From positions 11,880 to 75,879 of the forward strand of contig CALDSX010000010.1 in NCBI GenBank assembly GCA_937924445.1: a stretch of DNA of 64,000 nt. Direction: 5' to 3'. The DNA comes from an uncultured Chthoniobacterales bacterium (GTDB lineage Bacteria > Verrucomicrobiota > Verrucomicrobiia > Chthoniobacterales > CALDSX01). The translations under genes and the position numbers were made by a program. Numbering within the stretch: position 1 is the stretch's first letter; every line of letters begins with the position of its first letter. The notes beneath the pieces were generated by a model that saw only the letters and a program-made list of their open reading frames with translations, had not been told where the DNA came from and ran no database searches. This document shows positions 38,712 through 47,820 of the stretch, piece after piece.

Positions 38712-39920
38712 TCATGTGGTTCTGATAAAAGCGAGAATCAAAGCGGCGAGAACGATGTTGGCCAAAGCAACCTCAAACATAACAACCCAACCCAGTTTCA
38801 TCAGTTGATCATAACGAAATCGAGGCAATGTCCAGCGCACCCATATAAAGAGAAACAGCAGTAAGGCTACTTTTGCGAAAAAAACAGCGATGTTGATAAA
38901 CCCCCAAAAAACGCTTGGCAACCACTCCCAACCGGTAGGGAGAGAAATCCCAAAAAACCAAGTGGCAGAGCCGTCCGGAATAAAGGGTAAAGTCCAGCCA
39001 CCGAGAAAGAGGGTCACAAAAACGGCCGAACCAGCAATCATAGCGCAATATTCGCCCAGGAAAAACAGCGCAAATTTCATCGAAGAGTACTCAGTATGAT
39101 AGCCGGCTACAAGTTCTGTCTCAGATTCCGGCAGATCAAAGGGAAGCCTGTTGGTCTCTGCGAAAAGAGCGATCATGAAGACCCCCGCCGAGATCAATAT
39201 TGGAATCCAAAGAAGGAGACGTTGAAGATCAAATGATTGCGAGAGGATGCCCACCCATTCCGCAGGATTCCAACTCCAACGTTCGAGCCAGAATGGGGAA
39301 AGCAGCCAGCCGTTGTCACGCTGCCAAAGAACGATCTCGGAGAGGTTCATCTGGCCGAAAACCAAAAAAGCCGGGATGACAGATAGCCCAAGCGATAATT
39401 CGTATGAAATCATCTGCGCACTGGAACGAACTCCACCAAGAAAAGGATATTTTGAATTAGATGCCCAGCCGCCGATGACAATTCCATACACACTGAGCGA
39501 TGCGACGGCGAAAACAAAAAGAATGCCGACATTTACATCTACGATCACCATTGGAACCCCGAGTATACTGCTGCCAAAGGGAATGACGCTTAATGCCATT
39601 AGCGAAGGAATCATCGCCAACCCGGGCGCCAACCAGTAGTAAAATTTGTTCACATGCGCCGGTGTAAAATCCTCTTTGAGAATAAATTTGACCGCATCGG
39701 CGATCGGCTGGCCTAAACCACCCAGACCGAGCTGTATGTCCGATTTAAACCCGATCAGGCTTAAGGGAATGCCCGTTCGATTCGGACCCACCCGATCCTG
39801 AATCGCAGCACTCACCCGCCGTTCGGCATAAACGGTGTAACTGACCATCGGCAGCACGATCAAAAAAATAACACCGATAGTTTTTGCGAGGGAAAATCCG
39901 ATGAGAGCCCAGTCAATCAT
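38712..39920 (-). CDS. nuoH: NADH-quinone oxidoreductase subunit H
   Basis: 402 aa, polytopic. YAERRVSAAIQDRVGPNR, ETNRLPFDLPESETELVAGYHTEYS. Confidence 0.9.
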   Translation of the reverse strand: MIDWALIGFSLAKTIGVIFLIVLPMVSYTVYAERRVSAAIQDRVGPNRTGIPLSLIGFKSDIQLGLGGLGQPIADAVKFILKEDFTPAHVNKFYYWLAPGLAMIPSLMALSVIPFGSSILGVPMVIVDVNVGILFVFAVASLSVYGIVIGGWASNSKYPFLGGVRSSAQMISYELSLGLSVIPAFLVFGQMNLSEIVLWQRDNGWLLSPFWLERWSWNPAEWVGILSQSFDLQRLLLWIPILISAGVFMIALFAETNRLPFDLPESETELVAGYHTEYSSMKFALFFLGEYCAMIAGSAVFVTLFLGGWTLPFIPDGSATWFFGISLPTGWEWLPSVFWGFINIAVFFAKVALLLFLFIWVRWTLPRFRYDQLMKLGWVVMFEVALANIVLAALILAFIRTT

Positions 39921-39944
39921 AGGGAAAAATATCAGGGTAGAGCT

Positions 39945-41612
39945 TTACAACGAAGGCAACTTGTCGCTTAAATCTAAGCCGAGATCACCAATTTTTGAGA
40001 GACTTAATCCCAGGAACACCGGATTTGCGGCCGCCATATTTTTGAAAACATCTTCAATCGTCTGGAGGCCGTCTCCTCCGCCACAAATCTGAATCAGATC
40101 GCGAAGAATCTCCCAATCGTCGCGCGCATCCCCAGGCGGATTGACAGCCCGATTCAAACGTTGAAGGCGACCTTTCCCGTTGATCATCGAGCCGCGTTTC
40201 TCAGCAAAAGCAGCTGAAGGAAAAACAACATGCGCTAGCTCTGTGCCCCCGTTGGGTAGCAGAGAGGTCATCACAAGGGCGTCAAGGTTTCTCAGATTTT
40301 CAACAGAGAGGCCACAAGCAACAGGATCTTCTCCGAAAACAAGGAGAGCCTTAATTTTTCCGCTGCCAACACCCTCCACCACATCCTTAAGCCTCGCGCC
40401 AGGTGCGAGGCTTAAGGATCCTGTCAGGCCGAAAACCCGCGCTCCGGTGGCATTTGGATTGCGGTCCGCACTCATAAGAATCCCATCAGCAGTCCCCTGA
40501 CGCGGCAGTATGTCACAAAGCTGAACACCCAGAAGCTCTCTTAGCCGGCTAGCGAGAAAAAGCTCTTCGTTTGTCATTTTTGCAGAGACAATCATTGCTG
40601 TTTCTCCCGGCGAACGACCCGTCAAAAGTCCTCGTGCAGCATCAAGAGCAGCCGTGTATGAGATTCGGCGAGGCGCTGGGCGCAGGATTGGCGCTGTAAG
40701 ACGCTCCGGAGCAGATATGTAATGAAAATCGAGCCGACCATAGTCACACATCCAACAGTCATTAACGTCGGGATTATCGCGCGGAGTTTGCCGGTAAATC
40801 GTGTTCTCCCGGACTCCTATAATCGTGTTGCAGCCGGTGGCACACGAAGTGCAAAAACTTTTGGTTTCTTTCAAAAACCAAACCCTCATTTTAAAACGGA
40901 AATCTCGCGAGGTGAGCGCACCAACTGGGCAAATATCAACGGTGTTCAGTGAGTAATTACTATCAAGTTCCCGGCCCGGATGAACCGTCAACGTGCTGTA
41001 AGAACCGCGATCCACGAAGCCGAGCACGTCATCTTTTGCCACCTCTTTCATAAATCGAATGCAGCGGGAACAAAGAATGCAGCGTTCGTCATCAAGAGTC
41101 ACACGAGGACCAATGACCACGTTCTTTGGTTTTTTTACTTTTTCTTCCCTGAACCGCGAGCCGGCGTTACCGTATTCAACGCTAAATTCCTGCAGACGAC
41201 ACTCGCCAGCTTGGTCGCAAATCGGACAATCCAAGGGGTGATTGATGAGTAAAAATTCCATAACCCCTTTGCGTGCGTCCTGAGCGAGGGGCGAATCAGT
41301 GCGGATGGCCATCCCTTCCGCGATGTCTTGTGCACAGGAAATTTGAGGACGGGGTATCCATGCAATTTCCGGGCGACCATCGGCATCGAGCAAAGGCTTA
41401 CGATCTAGTCCAACTTTCGGCATTCCCATCTCAATTAGGCACATCCGGCAGTTTCCAGGGGAACTCAGTCTTGGGTGATAACAGTAGTGGGGAACAAATA
41501 GACCCACCTGGCGGCATGCTTCAATTACCCTGATGCCTTTCGGAAATTGGTGCCACTTCCCGTTTATTTGAACATTTAAAAGTTGCGGAGGCGCGGTAGT
41601 CGCGGTGCTCAT
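39945..41612 (-). CDS. nuoG: NADH-quinone oxidoreductase subunit G
   Basis: N-terminal 2Fe-2S/4Fe-4S region (CYHPRLSSPGNCRMCLIE, HPLDCPICDQAGECRLQ) followed by a molybdopterin-oxidoreductase-like domain. ATG 41612 lies inside track ORF 39945-41726. Confidence 0.85.
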   Translation of the reverse strand: MSTATTAPPQLLNVQINGKWHQFPKGIRVIEACRQVGLFVPHYCYHPRLSSPGNCRMCLIEMGMPKVGLDRKPLLDADGRPEIAWIPRPQISCAQDIAEGMAIRTDSPLAQDARKGVMEFLLINHPLDCPICDQAGECRLQEFSVEYGNAGSRFREEKVKKPKNVVIGPRVTLDDERCILCSRCIRFMKEVAKDDVLGFVDRGSYSTLTVHPGRELDSNYSLNTVDICPVGALTSRDFRFKMRVWFLKETKSFCTSCATGCNTIIGVRENTIYRQTPRDNPDVNDCWMCDYGRLDFHYISAPERLTAPILRPAPRRISYTAALDAARGLLTGRSPGETAMIVSAKMTNEELFLASRLRELLGVQLCDILPRQGTADGILMSADRNPNATGARVFGLTGSLSLAPGARLKDVVEGVGSGKIKALLVFGEDPVACGLSVENLRNLDALVMTSLLPNGGTELAHVVFPSAAFAEKRGSMINGKGRLQRLNRAVNPPGDARDDWEILRDLIQICGGGDGLQTIEDVFKNMAAANPVFLGLSLSKIGDLGLDLSDKLPSL

Positions 41613-42346
41613 TATTGTTTTAATTAACGATCGAGGCTCCCTGCAGGAAACACCCGACAATGGCAGGAGTATTACCTTGGCGCTCCGTTCGTTCAAGGTA
41701 ATTTCTGGGAATTTTCCGCGAGGCAAAATTGCTTATCGCTACCAAAAGGCGCACATGACCTTCTCGCCCCCTCAAGGGCCAATGCGTCAAAACATCCTTG
41801 CTGTTGGATTTTTGCAACCAATCTTTTTATGAGATTCAATCATGTGGACGTGGTGAAGCGAAATTTTGTGCGCCTGCGTTGATTTCAGTCTAAAAGAGAA
41901 CGCGCTCAAGAGAACGCACTCTCGTTTGACTAAAGGCCAGGCGCATCTCTACAGACAAATATCACTTCATGGGCGAATTTTCCTGTTCTTGCGAGAAAAA
42001 ACCTGTTTTAACACGGAAAAACCGTCGCGGTTTTACTTTATCGTGAAGATTAAAAATAAGGGAGCCGCCGCGCAAGGCCCATGCTTTGCAGCTGTCTTGC
42101 ACGGCGGCGATTGCACACTCAAAGCGAAGGAAACAATATCTTCTCTCAGAAATATTTTTAAGACACTCGGTGCGAAATTAGATTCAAACCGGCATTTCGC
42201 GCGAGAGCGTTTCTCGCTGAGATACAATCCTGAGCGCACCTCAACCGGAGGGCAGGTGTTGCGAGGTTTATTGGCTTGGAAAGCCTCCCCCGAAATTGAA
42301 CGCTTGCCTCTGCTGGTAAATGAAGAGCGGCTCGAATTGAGAAATT

Positions 42347-42667
42347 TCAGTATGGGTAGTACCGCGGTGGGGGAGGAGGATATGGCCGACCGTAGTAATC
42401 CCTATAGTATTGATCACGCCGGATTTGATTGATCTGATCTTGCTGGTTACCCATACGGTTGCCTACCAGTCCACCCACAAGGGCACCGGCCACGGCACCT
42501 TCCGTGGAACTAATGCCGCGAATGTTGTTGCCCGCAACAGCACCGAGAGCAGCACCCGAACCAGCGCCGATCAGTGTGCCTCCTGTCTCAGAAGGACCCA
42601 TCGCACATCCGGTGAGGGCGGCAGCTGTTATGGCTGCGATTGGTAAGAATAAGATTTTTTTTCTCAT
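42347..42667 (-). CDS. Glycine-zipper (17-kDa antigen-like) lipoprotein with Tyr/Pro-rich tail
   Basis: Lipobox LTGC. Gly-zipper GAGSGAALGAVAGN...GAVAGALVGGLVGN. Tail is YYRDYYGRPYPPPPPRYYPY. Confidence 0.7.
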   Translation of the reverse strand: MRKKILFLPIAAITAAALTGCAMGPSETGGTLIGAGSGAALGAVAGNNIRGISSTEGAVAGALVGGLVGNRMGNQQDQINQIRRDQYYRDYYGRPYPPPPPRYYPY

Positions 42668-42820
42668 TGTTTTTTTCTGTTGTTATTGACAAGCTCACCC
42701 TCTGCAAGGCAGCATGAGCCCAATATTATTGGACAATAAATAGCCGTAAAATATTCAATAAATCAACAGCTTCTTTCTCGTTTTGTTCTCGAGCGGTCGC
42801 TTACCGAGGAGGGTGGGTTT

Positions 42821-43435
42821 TTAATCAGGGAACATGGCGTCCTCTAACATCAGACTGAGGCAATGATAAACTGGAAGGTGAAATTCCTGAATTCTGTAGG
42901 TCTCATCGGATGGCATTCGCAGACAAATGTCACACCGACCCAAAAGCTGCCCCCCGGAAGAACCTGTCATGCCCAGCACGAAGAGACCTTTAGTCTTTGC
43001 GACAATGGCTGCTGCGTTGACGTTTGCAGCATTTCCCGACGTGCTGAGGGCGATCAAGACATCTCCTTTATTACCCAACGCATTAACCAGCTGAGCAAAA
43101 GTCAGACTGCCGTCTACGTCATTGCTAAAGGCAGTGCCAAGTGCCGGAAATACCGTAAGGGGTATGGCGGGGATGCCTCTTTGTAATCTGCTCGCAATGT
43201 CAGGCGGTAAGTGCTCACGCTCGCGAGCAAGAAGGGGACGTTTCTTTTTGAAACCTTTGAGCAATTCGCCTGACCAATGATCTGCATCCGCCGCGCTGCC
43301 GCCGTTGCCGCACAAAAGAAGTTTGTGACCGGAAAGAAGCGAATTGAGCAGGAGTTCAAATGCCGCATTGATTTCCGGAAGAAGAGGCTTGAGTGCCGGT
43401 GCGCGGTCAAAAAGAGCGATCAGATGAGAATTCAT
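42821..43435 (-). CDS. gmhA: D-sedoheptulose-7-phosphate isomerase (SIS domain)
   Basis: LLLCGNGGSAADADHWSGELLKGF, VLIALSTSGNAANV and RIQEFHLPVYH. Confidence 0.8.
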   Translation of the reverse strand: MNSHLIALFDRAPALKPLLPEINAAFELLLNSLLSGHKLLLCGNGGSAADADHWSGELLKGFKKKRPLLAREREHLPPDIASRLQRGIPAIPLTVFPALGTAFSNDVDGSLTFAQLVNALGNKGDVLIALSTSGNAANVNAAAIVAKTKGLFVLGMTGSSGGQLLGRCDICLRMPSDETYRIQEFHLPVYHCLSLMLEDAMFPD

Positions 43436-43917
43436 TAAGGTGCTTTTTTGGGAGTGATCGTTTTAGTGGCCTCCATGGCAGGCGATCCGAGAAGGCGCGC
43501 CACAAGCTTGTGCGGTTCGCCTGGCCTCATTCCTCTAGTGGGCATCACCATCTCAAAGAATGCACGTTCTCCCGGGTTTAGAAGCAGGACGCTTGCCTGA
43601 GCTCCGCTTTCGACGTCGTCGGACCATCTGTGCAAAAGTCCTCCCTCGGGAGTGAAAAGTTCGGCTTCGGATTTTGGATACCCCTGCCACTCGATGAGGA
43701 AAGGAGCCCGCCCGTAATTTACAAGAACGGCCTCTGCAAGAAACCGGCGATCTTCCTCGAGGTTTGGACTAGATGGAATCGCATACAATTCGAGGCGCAG
43801 ACCCCTATCTGATCGTCTATGGAACGATTGGCACGAAGTAGTGCTTAGAAGAGATGTGCTAACGATAACACAAAAGACTGCGGACAATCTCGCCATCTTA
43901 CGGTGTTGAGCGACCAT
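43435..43917 (-). CDS. Hypothetical lipoprotein, translationally coupled to gmhA
   Basis: Signal/lipobox LLSTTSC. No recognised domain. Its TAA stop overlaps the gmhA ATG (TAATG). An alternative ATG is at 43896. Confidence 0.45.
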   Translation of the reverse strand: MVAQHRKMARLSAVFCVIVSTSLLSTTSCQSFHRRSDRGLRLELYAIPSSPNLEEDRRFLAEAVLVNYGRAPFLIEWQGYPKSEAELFTPEGGLLHRWSDDVESGAQASVLLLNPGERAFFEMVMPTRGMRPGEPHKLVARLLGSPAMEATKTITPKKAP

Positions 43918-43945
43918 GTCCGCAAAGAAATCCTCCGTTGAGGCT

Positions 43946-44209
43946 TCAGACCTTTAGAGGTTGCGTTTTGGATTTAGGCTGCAATTCCGGTGGAACCTGG
44001 CCTACAACACGAGGTTCCACTCCGATACGAGTGAAGACGTTCTGCAATTCCTTGAGGTTGATTACCGGCTCATCCATCTCGATGTAAACAATATCGTGAT
44101 TGCTATCGACTTTATATCGCAAACCCTGGACAGCCTCAAATTCATGACCAAGATTCATTATCTTTTCTGTTTCACGGATGCCCGCAGCGTAAAACTCGAT
44201 CTCTATCAT
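43946..44209 (-). CDS. Hypothetical small protein with an HMA-like beta-alpha-beta-beta-alpha-beta pattern but no CxxC
   Basis: 87 aa. Hydrophobic periodicity EIEFYAAGI...GLRYKVD...IVYIEMDEP...FTRIGVEPRVV resembles a ferredoxin-like/HMA fold. The metal-binding Cys residues are absent. Confidence 0.4.
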   Translation of the reverse strand: MIEIEFYAAGIRETEKIMNLGHEFEAVQGLRYKVDSNHDIVYIEMDEPVINLKELQNVFTRIGVEPRVVGQVPPELQPKSKTQPLKV

Positions 44210-44513
44210 GGCGATTTTTCAGGAGGGTGGGTTGTCGTCACTGGTTGATGCATGTCCGCGCTCTCAATGGGTCAGGGTAAAAGAGCGCTGACGGCCTAAG
44301 CATAAGGAAACATTTGATAGGTAACATTTCCCCAGTCATTATTCAAGCACAATCCTGCATCGGCTCCTCTGCCAGACTCATTAGGCGCGACAAAAACCAC
44401 GTCTCAACCCCATACCCCCGTTTTGAGACTTCCAAACCGTGCGATTAAAATGCACTCAGATCGCTAAACTCACCAAAGATCTTGGTATCTACCAGGACAC
44501 AGGCTCAGTAAAC

Positions 44514-45611
44514 TCATCTGACGCTGAGTCGCGAGATAGCCTCCACCAGCGCAGCCACGCCCTCGCCGGTTTTTGCACAAACCGGAAAGACATTCAACGC
44601 ACGATATTTCTTCCGAAACTTCTCAAGATATTCACGGCTGTCAGGAAGATCCATCTTATTTGCCGCGACAACTGCGGGGCGTTTTGCAAAGACTGGGTTG
44701 AACAGAACCAGTTCTTTCTTGATGGCAGCAAAGTCTTCAAGAGGATTACGACGTTCACTTCCCGCCATGTCAACGACAAAGACCAGCGTTGCGCATCGCA
44801 AGATATGCCGAAGAAAATCATGTCCTAGTCCCCGATTTTGGTGTGCTCCTTCGATTAGCCCGGGGATGTCCGCCAGAGATAGTTTCCGATAGCCGGGCAG
44901 TTCGATTACCCCCACGGAAGGACGCAGCGTTGTGAAAGGATACGAAGCAATCTTAGGGCGTGCGGCAGAGACGGCCGCCAAGAGGGAGGATTTTCCTGCG
45001 TTCGGAAAGCCAACTAGACCCGCATCGGCGATCAATCGCAACTCGAGAAGAAAATTGCCGAATTCACCTTTCGCTCCGGATGTTGCGTGGCGAGGGACGC
45101 GATTTGTGGAGCTTTTGAAGTGCACATTGCCGCGCCCGCCTTCGCCGCCATGGCAAAGAATTAGACGTTGTCCTGGTTCGTTTAAATCGGCCACGAATTC
45201 CGCGGTCGCAGCCAAGGAGGCGAGGCGTGAACACCCTGCTTTTTGGATCTCGGCATTTTTATCCTCTGATTCGTTTTCTTCAGCATCGGGAAAGTCGGGC
45301 GCGTCGAGTGAGATCGGTAGTCGAAAAACCATCGTTCCAACAGGTATTTTTACTTCAGTGTCTGCGCCATTTTTACCGGACATTTTCTTGCCCATCCCGT
45401 TACCGCCCTTTCGAGCCTTGACAATCGGCTGATAGTATAACGAGACGAGATTATCCACGTGTGAATCTGCCACCAGCACCACATTCCCACCTCGTCCTCC
45501 ATCGCCTCCATCCGGCCCCCCTTTAGGCACAAACTTTTCACGGCGGAAACTGACGCAACCGTTGCCTCCGTCACCGGCCTGAGCAAATATGCGGACACGA
45601 TCAATAAACAT
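44514..45611 (-). CDS. obg: GTPase Obg/CgtA
   Basis: MFIDRVRIFAQAGDGGNGCVSFRREKF.PKGGPDGGDGGRGG, G1 motif GFPNAGKSSLL, and DIPGLIEGA. ATG 45611 lies inside track ORF 44514-45770. Confidence 0.9.
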   Translation of the reverse strand: MFIDRVRIFAQAGDGGNGCVSFRREKFVPKGGPDGGDGGRGGNVVLVADSHVDNLVSLYYQPIVKARKGGNGMGKKMSGKNGADTEVKIPVGTMVFRLPISLDAPDFPDAEENESEDKNAEIQKAGCSRLASLAATAEFVADLNEPGQRLILCHGGEGGRGNVHFKSSTNRVPRHATSGAKGEFGNFLLELRLIADAGLVGFPNAGKSSLLAAVSAARPKIASYPFTTLRPSVGVIELPGYRKLSLADIPGLIEGAHQNRGLGHDFLRHILRCATLVFVVDMAGSERRNPLEDFAAIKKELVLFNPVFAKRPAVVAANKMDLPDSREYLEKFRKKYRALNVFPVCAKTGEGVAALVEAISRLSVR

Positions 45612-45627
45612 TGTATACCCATACGCT

Positions 45628-46440
45628 ATGAAACCTTCGTCGTCCATGCTCCGCTCGCTTGCCCAGATGTCAGCGCTATCTCTTACGCTCTGCCTTCTCA
45701 TTGGCCGCGTTGCTGCGTATGAATGGCAAGTTTGTTCAAAAGAAAATCTTCCTTCACCGGGTGCTGGCACTCTCCTTCAGCGAATGAAAGCGGTGGAAAT
45801 CTCTGGAGCAAAGGCTGAATTGACCTGCCTTGTTTTCGATGAAAAAAACTGTCTCTTGCGTGTGGTAGACCGCCCGGATCCTTCGTCGCCTAAACTTGGA
45901 CCTTCAATGCGTGCAGGCGGTTTTCTCTGCGGGGTTAATGGTGGGTTTTTTACCAAAAACTTCGAGCCACTTGGGTGGGTTGTCTCTCAGGGACGTGAAC
46001 TCAGCCCTCTGCTCCGAACCAAGCTTCTTACCGGTGCTTATTTTTTCAATGGGCACCGAGGACAACTCTTAAGAACAGCTGAGTTGAAAAAAGGACTTCG
46101 GGCGACAGAAGCGCTTCAAGCTGGGCCATTTCTTATTGACGGTGGCCGGCCTGTTGTCGGACTTGAAGCAACCAGGCCCGCAGCACGTACTTTTCTCGCA
46201 ACAAATGGCGCAGACGTATGGGTTATCGGCGTGATTTTCTCTCCAACCCTTGCCGAAGCCGCGTCATTACTTGCAACGGACGGGATCATCGATGGGCTAC
46301 ACATCCATCGTGCTCTAAATCTCGACGGGGGGCGATCGAGTGGCTTTTGGGCTGCTCAGCCAGAGGAGAAAGTTCTTTCTTATGAAGAAATAAGCGCTGT
46401 CAGGAATTATCTCGGTGTGATTGCCAAAAGCGTTAACTAA
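45628..46440 (+). CDS. Phosphodiester glycosidase (NAGPA/DUF2233) family secreted protein
   Basis: Signal peptide; GVNGGFF; NLDGGRSS near the C-terminus. Confidence 0.55.
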   Translation: MKPSSSMLRSLAQMSALSLTLCLLIGRVAAYEWQVCSKENLPSPGAGTLLQRMKAVEISGAKAELTCLVFDEKNCLLRVVDRPDPSSPKLGPSMRAGGFLCGVNGGFFTKNFEPLGWVVSQGRELSPLLRTKLLTGAYFFNGHRGQLLRTAELKKGLRATEALQAGPFLIDGGRPVVGLEATRPAARTFLATNGADVWVIGVIFSPTLAEAASLLATDGIIDGLHIHRALNLDGGRSSGFWAAQPEEKVLSYEEISAVRNYLGVIAKSVN

Positions 46441-46592
46441 AAGTTGTGAGTTTCGTTCGAATTTTTTCTTGCGAAGGAATTAGATAAGTTGTAAGCACAT
46501 TTTCTGTATTGTATTTACGACCTATCAATGGTCGTTTTTGCAATCAGAGACCAACCAATAAACAACCAACCATCCAACCAACTACACCCAAA

Positions 46593-47129
46593 ATGAAGAA
46601 AATACTACTTTCACTCAGCGCCACTGTGGCGGCAGCCTCTATTGCCATCGCGGGTCCAAGCTCCTACGACGGGAAATCTGTCAAGAGCTACAAACAACCA
46701 GTCCAAACCCCGGCCCCCTGCTTCAGTGCAGGTGAAGCCATTTTTGGCCTTTTCGGTGGCTACGTTTTTGTTGATGATAGCCTTGAAGGTTACGAAGATA
46801 GCCTTGGCGGCGGTGCGGAGCTTCTCTACGCCGTCACAAATAACGTGGTTCTCGGAGCTGAATACTATGCCTTTTCCAGCGAGCCGGCCCATGCCTACAA
46901 CGGCGTTCTTCAGCTCCGCTTCCCAATGGACTGCGTGGCTCCGTATGTTTTCGGTACTGCAGGCGGCCTTGTTAACGGTAAGAACAACTTCACCGTCGGC
47001 GGCGGCGCAGGTCTCGAATACCGAATCAGCCCCAAACTCGGCATCTTTGGTGATGGCCGCTATGTTTATGGCGATAGCGGGGATGAAACCAGTATCTTCC
47101 TCCGCGCCGGTCTTCGCTTCGTTTTCTAA
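46593..47129 (+). CDS. Small outer-membrane beta-barrel protein
   Basis: Signal peptide MKKILLSLSATVAAASIAIAG, alternating aromatic/Gly beta-strands, and C-terminal ...LRAGLRFVF. Confidence 0.7.
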   Translation: MKKILLSLSATVAAASIAIAGPSSYDGKSVKSYKQPVQTPAPCFSAGEAIFGLFGGYVFVDDSLEGYEDSLGGGAELLYAVTNNVVLGAEYYAFSSEPAHAYNGVLQLRFPMDCVAPYVFGTAGGLVNGKNNFTVGGGAGLEYRISPKLGIFGDGRYVYGDSGDETSIFLRAGLRFVF

Positions 47130-47160
47130 TTAACCCAGGAATCTGAAGCCTTTCAAACAA

Positions 47161-47190
47161 ACGCCGACCCGCCAAAAAGCGGGTCGGCGT
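47161..47190 (+). terminator. Strong GC-rich hairpin downstream of the OMP gene (candidate intrinsic terminator)
   Basis: ACGCCGACCCGC (47161-47172) pairs with GCGGGTCGGCGT (47179-47190) around loop CAAAAA. It is followed by TTCCATTTTA, a weak U-tract. Confidence 0.55.
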
Positions 47191-47348
47191 TTCCATTTTA
47201 GCCAGAGCATTAATTAGCTCCCCATTCCAGTGAGCATATATCGCTTCTAAGGTTTACAAGCCGAAAGATCAGGTGCGGTTTGTTTTTGCTTGCAAAAAGA
47301 AGAAAGCACTGACTGCTTGCCTCTCAGAAACACTCTCCTGGCAGGTCA

Positions 47349-47663
47349 ATGATTCACTTTCGAACTCCTACTCAAATTTTTATTTCTCTTGCGCTGATAA
47401 CTTGGTGTGCGGCGCAGATTTCTTGTAGCGGCACGATTGGCAAGGAGCGGGAGACGCCCGGGCGCTCTGCATTATGGCAAAATAGCTACAGCAACCCGTC
47501 AATTGATGATGATACGTCAACAAAGGAATTTCCTATCGAACCTGCGGATTCACTTCCAGAAAATCGGAATGAAAACAGAGAGCCCTCTGAACCTGTAAAA
47601 GATGGTCAACCGGACGATATAAAAAATTTTGTCCTCTCCACCTCGTTTACAGCAAACGTTTGA
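47349..47663 (+). CDS. Hypothetical acidic lipoprotein
   Basis: 104 aa. Signal/lipobox AAQISC, then a low-complexity Asp/Glu/Pro-rich sequence. No recognised domain. Confidence 0.35.
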   Translation: MIHFRTPTQIFISLALITWCAAQISCSGTIGKERETPGRSALWQNSYSNPSIDDDTSTKEFPIEPADSLPENRNENREPSEPVKDGQPDDIKNFVLSTSFTANV

Positions 47664-47820
47664 AAATTCAGACCATCTCTGTTGATGGGATTTAATCTGG
47701 GGGTGCGGTCAAGCAGGGATAAATGACATCTCTTCAGTCAAATACTCATTGAGGTGAAATAGCCGAATGCCTTGCTGTTTTTTCACTCGCACAATTTGCT
47801 TGCAGGAGTAAAGATCGCCT

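Noticed and set aside
42195-42260. Possible TPP riboswitch, because of a CTGAGA element (GCTGAGATACAATCCTGAGCG)
   Set aside because: It lacks the ACCTGATCTGG / GGGA pyrimidine- and pyrophosphate-sensor blocks. No thiamine-related gene lies downstream on either strand.
41866-42432. 188-aa ORF in the nuoG upstream spacer
   Set aside because: It has a GTG start and a composition atypical for this genome's proteins. Its 3' end overlaps the well-supported glycine-zipper lipoprotein gene on the other strand. The region is treated as non-coding.
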